From Anaerolineae bacterium (lineage in GTDB: Bacteria > Chloroflexota > Anaerolineae > S140-20), in assembly GCA_027021705.1 (NCBI GenBank), contig JALUTT010000137.1, positions 1 through 26,152 on the forward strand: a stretch of 26,152 bases of DNA, given 5' to 3'. The translations under genes and the position numbers were made by a program. The first letter of the stretch is position 1; each line of letters begins with the position of its first letter. Shown here one piece after another: positions 11,361 to 17,970 of the stretch. The notes beneath the pieces are model-generated. The model did not search any database. It worked only from the letters and a program-made list of their open reading frames with translations, and was not told where the DNA came from.

Positions 11361-12437
11361 GTGGTAACGGAAGAACAAGTCCTGGCCGCATTGAGCCGGG
11401 TCATCGAGCCGGAGTTGCACCGTGACCTGGTATCGCTGAACATGATTCGGGATGTCCAGATCGAGGGCGACCGAGTGCGTTTCACCGTGGTGCTGACTAC
11501 GCCCGCCTGCCCCCTCCGGGACGCCATCGCCGACCAGGCCCGCCAGGCGGTCCTGGCCCTGCCCGGTGTCCGGGAGGTTGAGGTGAAGCTGGACGCCAAC
11601 GTCCCCACCGACCAGCGGATCGTAGGGCGCATCGCCGTGCCGATGCGCAACACCATCGCCGTTGCCAGCGGCAAAGGCGGGGTGGGCAAATCCACCATCG
11701 CCACCAACCTGGCCGTCGCCCTGGCTATGGAAGGGGCGACGGTGGGGCTGCTGGACGCCGACATCCTGGGGCCGAACATCCCCCTAATGATGGGGGTGCG
11801 GCATATGCCGCCGCCCCGGGACAACAAGCTGATGCCCGCCGAGGCCTACGGCGTCAAGCTGATGTCCATGGCCTTCCTCGTCCCTCCGGAGCAGCCGGTC
11901 ATCTGGCGGGGGCCGATGCTCCACAGCGCCATCCGCCAGTTCCTCACCGACGTGGACTGGGGGGAGCTGGACTACCTGGTCATTGACCTGCCTCCGGGGA
12001 CGGGGGACGTGCAGCTCTCGCTGGCCCAATCGGTCCCCCTGAGCGGCGGCATCATCGTCACCACACCTCAAGAGGTCTCCCTGGCCGACGCCCAGAAGGC
12101 GCTGGCGATGTTCCAGAAGCTGGATGTCCCCATCGTGGGGGTGATCGAGAACATGAGCAGCTACGTGGATCCCGAGACGGGGGTCCGCCTCGACATCTTC
12201 GGCGAGGGAGGTGGGCAGAAGCTGGCCGAGCGCTACCAGGTCCCCTTCCTGGGCAGCGTCCCCCTGGACCCCCGCGTCCGGGTGGGAGGGGATTCGGGGC
12301 GGCCTGTGGTGCGGGAGTCGCCGGACTCGCCGGCCGCCACCGCCCTGCGGGAGATCGCCCGCCAGGTGGCCGCCCGGGTCAGCGTGATGCGCTTGCACGC
12401 CCCGCCCGAGACCATTCCGTTGCAAGTGATCGGTTGA
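11361..12437 (+). CDS. mrp: Mrp/ApbC/NBP35-family P-loop ATPase with N-terminal DUF59-like domain
   Basis: LTTPACP; deviant Walker [43 protein letters not shown]. Start placed at GTG 11361 (AGGAG 8 nt upstream) instead of 11265, which lies in the repeat. Confidence 0.92.
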   Translation: MVTEEQVLAALSRVIEPELHRDLVSLNMIRDVQIEGDRVRFTVVLTTPACPLRDAIADQARQAVLALPGVREVEVKLDANVPTDQRIVGRIAVPMRNTIAVASGKGGVGKSTIATNLAVALAMEGATVGLLDADILGPNIPLMMGVRHMPPPRDNKLMPAEAYGVKLMSMAFLVPPEQPVIWRGPMLHSAIRQFLTDVDWGELDYLVIDLPPGTGDVQLSLAQSVPLSGGIIVTTPQEVSLADAQKALAMFQKLDVPIVGVIENMSSYVDPETGVRLDIFGEGGGQKLAERYQVPFLGSVPLDPRVRVGGDSGRPVVRESPDSPAATALREIARQVAARVSVMRLHAPPETIPLQVIG

Positions 12438-13549
12438 TGGGTATGGCCGCACGAACCGCCGTGGGTGGGCCTGGACCGCTTCCCTCCGGCGACCCGCCCG
12501 CTTCTCCCAACCGACAGACCTCCTCCCCCTTCATCGTCGGCATCCGCTTCTATCCGGTGACGAAGGTCTACCACTTCGACGCCACCGGGCACGACGACCT
12601 GCGGGTGGGCGACTTCGTCATCGTGGAGACGAGTCGGGGGCGGCAGATGGGCCAGGTGGTCTCCATCGGTCCACCTAAGGAGCCGGTGGGGACCCCCTTC
12701 AAGCCCATCGAGCGGCGGGCCACGGGCCGTGACCTGGCGCTCCGCCAGCATCTGGCGAACAAGGCGGAGCGGGCGCTGGAGACCGCCCGCCAGATCGCTC
12801 GGGAGATGGGGCTCTCCATCAAACTGATCCGGGCAGAGTACAGCCTGGACGGCAAGCATCTCACCCTCTCCTACGGGAGCGAGGGGAAGGTGGACACCAA
12901 AACGCTCCACCGACGGCTCAACCGCTCCCTGCGCGTCCAGGTGACCCTCCGCCAGCTCGGCCCCCGCGACGTGGCCAAGATGACGGGGGAATACGGCGCG
13001 TGTGGGGAGCCCCGCTGCTGTGCCCTCTTCCTCACCGAGTTCAGCCCCATCTCCATCCGCATGGCCAAGGAGCAAGGGGTCTCGCTGAACCCCACGGAGA
13101 TCACGGGGATGTGTGGCCGCCTGCGCTGCTGCCTGCTCTACGAGTACGAGCAGTACGTCGAGGCCCGGCAGCGGCTGCCCAAGAAGAAGTCCATGGTGGG
13201 GACGCCCTACGGTGAGGGGAAGGTGGTGGACCTGCTTCCCCTCAAGGACGCGGCCATTGTGCAGGTAGAGGACAAGCTGTACGAGGTGCCTCGGAAGGAC
13301 CTCCAACCCCTGGAGGAACTACGGGCCCTGGAGGCGAAAGCGGCGGCCCCCTGCGATCGAGGAGGCCCCTGTGGCCGAGGGAAAGAGGCCAAGGTTCCAC
13401 CGGCGGAGGTGACCCAGGCCGAGGCGGTGGACCAAGGCCCCCCACCCACCCCGGAGTCGGAGCCGAAGGCCACCGAGCCTCCCAAGAAAAAGGCAGCACC
13501 TTCCAGCAAACGCCGCCGACGCCGACGGAAGTCCCGGAAGACCCAGTGA
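12437..13549 (+). CDS. ricT: PSP1-domain protein (RicT/YaaT family, Fe-S)
   Basis: GACGEPRCC, SIRMAKEQGVSLNPTEITGMCGRLRCCLLYE; Pro-rich and Lys/Arg-rich tail; TGATG overlap with mrp. Confidence 0.85.
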   Translation: MGMAARTAVGGPGPLPSGDPPASPNRQTSSPFIVGIRFYPVTKVYHFDATGHDDLRVGDFVIVETSRGRQMGQVVSIGPPKEPVGTPFKPIERRATGRDLALRQHLANKAERALETARQIAREMGLSIKLIRAEYSLDGKHLTLSYGSEGKVDTKTLHRRLNRSLRVQVTLRQLGPRDVAKMTGEYGACGEPRCCALFLTEFSPISIRMAKEQGVSLNPTEITGMCGRLRCCLLYEYEQYVEARQRLPKKKSMVGTPYGEGKVVDLLPLKDAAIVQVEDKLYEVPRKDLQPLEELRALEAKAAAPCDRGGPCGRGKEAKVPPAEVTQAEAVDQGPPPTPESEPKATEPPKKKAAPSSKRRRRRRKSRKTQ

Positions 13550-14916
13550 CCACCGTGAGACGGAAGAACCGAATCCGTGCCCTCAAGGGATTGGTGGCCG
13601 GCCTACCCCTGGCCGGCCTCACCCTTTATCTGCTCCTGGTAGGACCGGCCAACGGCTGGCGCTGCCGTCGGGGCCTCCTGGACTACCTGCGAGGCTTCCC
13701 CGGCCCACCCCTCACCCCCTCTCTGCCCCCTTTCCTGCCGGGGAACCGGGTGACGCTGCTGGTGGACGGGGATCAGGCTCTCCCCGCCCTGCTCACGGCG
13801 ATCCGCCAGGCCCGCCATTCCATCCACTGGGAGGTGATGCTCTTCGCTCCCGACGCCAGCGGAGAGCGAGTCGCCGAAGCGCTGATGGAAGCGGCCCAAC
13901 GGGGCGTTCAGGTGCGCCTCCTCCTGGATGGCGAGTTCACCCGCAAGGGCGATCCCCTGGACTGGCTGCTGCGGCTGGGGCGAGACGACGGAGGCCGACT
14001 GGACCGGCTCATCGCCCGGATGCGGACCAGCGGCGTCCAGGTGCTGGACAGCTACCCACCGACCCGCCCGCCACTCCCCGGCCTGGACCCGGAGCTGGCC
14101 CGGGACCAGGAGCGCCTGAACCGGCAGACCTGCTTGACCTTCAACCACCACGATCACCGCAAGATCCTGGTGGTGGATGGGGAGGTGGCCTTCGTCGGGG
14201 GGATGAACGTCTCCGAGGCCTACCTGTACGAGACGCCCGAGGCCGGCTGGCACGACCTGATGGTCCGGCTGGAGGGGCCGGCCGTCCGGGAGTTGGACCG
14301 CCTCTTCGCCCAACGCTGGCAGATCTCCGGCGGCGACCTCCCTGACGTGGACGATCCCGCCCCGTCACCGTCCTCCACACCCGATGGCCCCAGCGCCGTC
14401 CAGGTCCTGGCCCAATCCCCCTTGCGCGGGGAGATCCTTACCGCCTACCTGACCGCCATTCGGGAGGCCCAGGAGTCCATCTGGGTGGAGAACCCCTACG
14501 TGAACTACGACCCGCTGCTGGAGGCGCTGATGGAGGCAGCCCGCCGGGGGGTCCAGGTGACGATGATCGTCCCCGGCCGGCACAACGACGAGCCGCTGCT
14601 CCACTGGATGCTCCAGCGGCGCTACGCCGCGCTGCTGGCCGCCGGCGTGGCCCTCTACGAGTACCCGGACCGGATGAGCCACGGCAAGGTGATGCTGGTG
14701 GACGACCGCTGGGTGACCGTGGGCTCCTTCAACCTGAACCACCGCAGCGTCAGCCACGACCTGGAGGCCAACATCGCCATCGAGGACCCCGATTTCGCCC
14801 GGCGGGTGCGGCAGACCCTCTTTGAGCCCGACCGAGCCCGCAGCCGACGGATCACCGCGCCGCCTCCCTTCGCCTGGTGGGCGCTGATCCTGGAGTTGCT
14901 GGTGCCTTTCACATAG
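13546..14916 (+). CDS. Phospholipase D-family protein, cardiolipin synthase-like
   Basis: Two HKD motifs (HRKILVVDG...GGMN and HGKVMLVD...GSFN), GNRVTLLVDG and WHDLMVRLEG; N-terminal hydrophobic anchor; GTGA overlap. Confidence 0.9.
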   Translation: MTTVRRKNRIRALKGLVAGLPLAGLTLYLLLVGPANGWRCRRGLLDYLRGFPGPPLTPSLPPFLPGNRVTLLVDGDQALPALLTAIRQARHSIHWEVMLFAPDASGERVAEALMEAAQRGVQVRLLLDGEFTRKGDPLDWLLRLGRDDGGRLDRLIARMRTSGVQVLDSYPPTRPPLPGLDPELARDQERLNRQTCLTFNHHDHRKILVVDGEVAFVGGMNVSEAYLYETPEAGWHDLMVRLEGPAVRELDRLFAQRWQISGGDLPDVDDPAPSPSSTPDGPSAVQVLAQSPLRGEILTAYLTAIREAQESIWVENPYVNYDPLLEALMEAARRGVQVTMIVPGRHNDEPLLHWMLQRRYAALLAAGVALYEYPDRMSHGKVMLVDDRWVTVGSFNLNHRSVSHDLEANIAIEDPDFARRVRQTLFEPDRARSRRITAPPPFAWWALILELLVPFT

Positions 14917-14918
14917 GA

Positions 14919-14988
14919 GCCGGCCCTGCCGTCAACCGACAGGGCCGGCCTGTAGAATCTCCAGGGTCAAAGCGTTGATAAGCCCTGG
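14919..14988. terminator. Two tandem hairpins between convergent genes (likely termination/stability elements; no U-tract)
   Basis: gccggccctg (14919-14928) / cagggccggc (14940-14949); ccagggtcaa...ttga(taag)ccctgg (14961-14988). Confidence 0.55.
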
Positions 14989-14992
14989 GGCC

Positions 14993-16360
14993 TCACTTCA
15001 GGATGTAGTAGGTTCCCCGCTTGGCCCCCACCTTGAGCAGGATGCCCCGCTTCACCAGGTCCGCCAGGTCCAGGCGCAGCGTCTCCGCTGAGACCTCGGG
15101 GCAGAGCTGGCGGTACTCCCGGTTGGTGATCCGCCCGTGCTCTTGAATGTAGGCCAGCGCCTTGGCCTGACGTTCGTTCATACTGCGGGCCCACGCGGGC
15201 ACCGGGGCCCGCACCACGAGATTGGAGAGGGTGACGGTGAAGGAGTAGGGCGTCGCTCGGAAGCGAGGCGGTGGGTGGCCGGCCTGGGTCATCTCCTCGA
15301 TCATCCGGTCCACGCCCAGCCCCAGCTCCTCGATGTAGCCCCAGTAGTAGAGGCCGCCGACGATGCGGGGGTTGCGGGAGAAGTGCTCTTCGACGATGTT
15401 GTCCAGGGTGATGTAGCCGGGAAGGCCGCCGGGGCTGATCACCTCCAGCCGGTCGGCAAACTTGCGGACCTCGATCCGCCGCCCCCGCAGCCGGTAGTCC
15501 CGGTGACAGACGGCGTTGACCAGCGCCTCGCGGACGGCGAAGGGCGGGTACTCCAGCCGCTCCTCCCGCTCCAGCCCCTTGACCACCGCGCCGATGTGCA
15601 TCTCCTCCAGCAGCACCTCCCAGGTGCGCTCGATGATGCGGGCCAGGGAGCCGCCGATCTCCTCGCGCCGGCCGTAGCCGGCCAGCCCATCCTCGCCCCG
15701 GGGTTCCGTCCCCACGAAGCGGACGAAGACGAGGCCGCTCTGGGGCAGGAAGGCTTGGGGGTTGCGCCCGAAGAGGAGCAGGCCGGCCACGGTGGGATGG
15801 CCCGCCTCGTCGGTGGCCCCGATCTCCACCAGCAGGTCGTCCACCGGCAGGTGGGCCGGCTGTCCGCGTTCGGCCCGCTTCTCCAGGTACTCGGCGATGA
15901 GCGCCTCATCCAGGTCCTCCCGACCGGCCCCCGCCACGACCTCGGCCTCGAAATCGCCGCTGCTCTTGGTAGCGGCCAGGTGACGGATCTCCGGGCCGGT
16001 GAGGGGGCGGTTCTCCGTCCCGGCCCGGACCAGCACCCGCCCGTCGTCCAGGCTGTGGAGCTCCGGGCTGCGGGGGACGTGGATGGCGATGACGGCACCG
16101 TCGGCGACCTCGGCCTGCTCCCAGGAGACCTGGACCGGCGGGGTGCAGCGGGCCTCGGCCACTTGTAACGCCCCCTCCAGCTCTTCGGGGTAGACCTGGC
16201 CGGTGGGCCGGCCCTCCCGGTCCACCCCCACCAAGATCGTCCCGCCGTCGGTGTTGGCGAAGGCGACCAGCATCTCCGCCAGCCGGTCGCCGTCCGGTTC
16301 GGGGAGGTAATCCAGCAGAGGCCCCGGTCCTCGCCTCAGATCAACCGACACACTTCCCAT
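14993..16360 (-). CDS. AlbA_2 (Schlafen-like) domain + HATPase_c_4 + C-terminal winged HTH protein
   Basis: VAFANTDGGTILVGV; YPPFAVREALVNAVCHRDY, LEVISPGGL, SRNP, YIEELGLGV; HGRITNREY...DLADLVKRG...GTYY. Start moved to ATG 16360 because 16477 overlaps the PIN gene; the exact start is uncertain. Confidence 0.85.
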   Translation of the reverse strand: MGSVSVDLRRGPGPLLDYLPEPDGDRLAEMLVAFANTDGGTILVGVDREGRPTGQVYPEELEGALQVAEARCTPPVQVSWEQAEVADGAVIAIHVPRSPELHSLDDGRVLVRAGTENRPLTGPEIRHLAATKSSGDFEAEVVAGAGREDLDEALIAEYLEKRAERGQPAHLPVDDLLVEIGATDEAGHPTVAGLLLFGRNPQAFLPQSGLVFVRFVGTEPRGEDGLAGYGRREEIGGSLARIIERTWEVLLEEMHIGAVVKGLEREERLEYPPFAVREALVNAVCHRDYRLRGRRIEVRKFADRLEVISPGGLPGYITLDNIVEEHFSRNPRIVGGLYYWGYIEELGLGVDRMIEEMTQAGHPPPRFRATPYSFTVTLSNLVVRAPVPAWARSMNERQAKALAYIQEHGRITNREYRQLCPEVSAETLRLDLADLVKRGILLKVGAKRGTYYILK

Positions 16361-16439
16361 CTTCCCAATCTTTCTATCGTGATGATCACCTGACGGGGAG
16401 CCGTTCCCTCTCCCCCGTCGGAGCGTAAGAGCGAATCCT

Positions 16440-16805
16440 TCACAGCTTTCTTGACAGCCTCCTAAACCTGTGACCACCTGGTTTTACGACCACGAAGGCT
16501 TCTTTGATCTCCTCTTGCGAATGCGATGAGAGCACTCTTATCAACTCCCTATGAACAGCTTCCTGGGTTGAGGGCAACATCCGCAAGTAGATCACGCCTG
16601 CTCCCAAAGCTCTCGCAAAGACCAGGTTTCCAAAATCCCTGTCGCGCGTCACCAATATGCGTCCCTGCTGCCGGGCCACTTCCAGCAATTCCTCATCCCT
16701 GGCTTGAGCCAGCCCTATCTCGGCAGCCCGCACTACGTCATGCCCCAGCCCCTTCAGAAACCGGGCTGTAGACGCATAAACATCCTGGTCCAGAAGGAAC
16801 TTCAT
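16440..16805 (-). CDS. DUF5615 / VapC45-like PIN-domain toxin
   Basis: MKFLLDQDV, GHDV, DEELLEVARQQGRILVTRDRDFG; ATGA overlap with the DUF433 gene. Confidence 0.88.
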   Translation of the reverse strand: MKFLLDQDVYASTARFLKGLGHDVVRAAEIGLAQARDEELLEVARQQGRILVTRDRDFGNLVFARALGAGVIYLRMLPSTQEAVHRELIRVLSSHSQEEIKEAFVVVKPGGHRFRRLSRKL

Positions 16806-17032
16806 GCTGCCGCCACCGTAAGATGGATTTCCTCCGCCTCGATTAAGGCAATGGCGTATTGGATACAGGCTTGAATATCTTCCACCGTTAATTCAGGATA
16901 GTAATCTCGGATGATCTCTTCAAAGGAAAGGCCCTCGTTCAACAGCTCCAGGACGTTCTGGACCGTGATTCGCGTACCTGCTATACACGGTTTTCCAAAG
17001 TGCACTTCTGGATCCACAACAATCTTGCCCAT
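16802..17032 (-). CDS. DUF433 antitoxin
   Basis: IVVDPEVHFGKPCIAGTRITV...EEIIRDYYPELTVEDIQACIQYA; AGGAGG-type RBS. Confidence 0.92.
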   Translation of the reverse strand: MGKIVVDPEVHFGKPCIAGTRITVQNVLELLNEGLSFEEIIRDYYPELTVEDIQACIQYAIALIEAEEIHLTVAAA

Positions 17033-17119
17033 CTCTCCTATCCTCCTATTGACCCTCGCTGTGGCTGGTATCTCATCAGTGTGGATTTCGATGGACCGTT
17101 TACGGAGCCGTCGGCTCCC

Positions 17120-17204
17120 ATCCGCTCAATCCGCGCTCAAATCGGCTGATAGCCCTCCGTTCCAAGCCGGATTGCCGTCAACGGATCAAGAGCGGATTGA
17201 ACGG
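17120..17204. repeat. Imperfect palindrome of ATCCG/CGGAT units, architecture related to 5480-5556 but with arms in the opposite order
   Basis: atccgctcaatccgcgctcaaatcggctgatagc (17120-17153) and gccgtcaacggatcaagagcggattgaacgg (17174-17204); 17122-17134 and 17192-17204 are 12/13 complementary. Confidence 0.7.
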
Positions 17205-17245
17205 CGAGAGAAAGCTCCCCTAGGAGACGATCTAACCGCTCAGAA

Positions 17246-17632
17246 TCACTTTGATGAGGTGCCGGCACCTGGGCGACCGGATGCTCTGGGGGGAGAGGAC
17301 ACCAGGCCGGCGTACCGCAGGAGGGCGTCAGCCATCTGCTGCCCCCGCAAGGCCAGCAAAGAGCGGGCCGGATCCAAGGGCCAGAGGCGACGCCAGGCCA
17401 AGACTTCCCGCTGCATCGCAGCCAGTTCCGGGAGCAGTTCGGGGGGCGCGTGAGGAGCGCTCCACTCGATGAAAAGCGCCGCTTCCCGGAGCAGATGGAT
17501 CACCAGGGTGTCGTAGGCCGGCGATGTCGCTCGTGAGGCCATACGGCTCAGTGTCGAAGCCAAGTTCCCCAACTGCTGAGGCCACGGCATCTGCTCAAAA
17601 CGCTCCTTCAGGGCCAGATGACGCCGGGTCAT
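17246..17632 (-). CDS. Small, probably all-alpha hypothetical protein (128 aa), partner of the DUF5674-like gene
   Basis: ATG 17632 overlaps the upstream stop (ATGA) with GGAGG upstream; amphipathic helices LGNLASTLSRMASR, LLREAALFIEW, ELAAMQREVLAW. Confidence 0.75.
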   Translation of the reverse strand: MTRRHLALKERFEQMPWPQQLGNLASTLSRMASRATSPAYDTLVIHLLREAALFIEWSAPHAPPELLPELAAMQREVLAWRRLWPLDPARSLLALRGQQMADALLRYAGLVSSPPRASGRPGAGTSSK

Positions 17633-17970
17633 TCTTGCACCTCCAACAACCGCCGTATCACCGCTTCGATCTGATCTCGCCGTGCAGGATCTTGGACTTC
17701 CAAGCTGTAGTTCTGCTGGCGAGGGCGCAAATTGATCAAGGACTCGAAAGCAACCTCCCGAGTAGCCGGGAACCAATCAGCACCCCAGATATCTTCCTGT
17801 CGGCTACCGTCCTCTAGCAAAGCCTGCTCGCAATCGAATTGTAACTCCCCGCCACCTGCCAGGATCTCACGCTTCACATCAACGGCCAGTTTGATGACGG
17901 CACCATCAAAGGTCTCGGCCATCTGAGCGATCTGCTGAGGCGTTGCCGGCTTACGGATGATCAGGAGCAC
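17629..17970 (-). CDS. DUF5674-like protein
   Basis: IKLAVDVKREILAGGGELQFDCEQALLEDGSRQEDIWGA...FESLINLRPRQ fits my recollection of the DUF5674 pattern; GTG start overlaps the gyrA stop (TAGTG). Confidence 0.8.
   Translation of the reverse strand: MLLIIRKPATPQQIAQMAETFDGAVIKLAVDVKREILAGGGELQFDCEQALLEDGSRQEDIWGADWFPATREVAFESLINLRPRQQNYSLEVQDPARRDQIEAVIRRLLEVQE

Noticed and set aside
17230..17236. Integron attC site (ATCTAAC fits RYYYAAC)
   Set aside because: No matching GTTRRRY at a suitable distance downstream and no integrase in the window.
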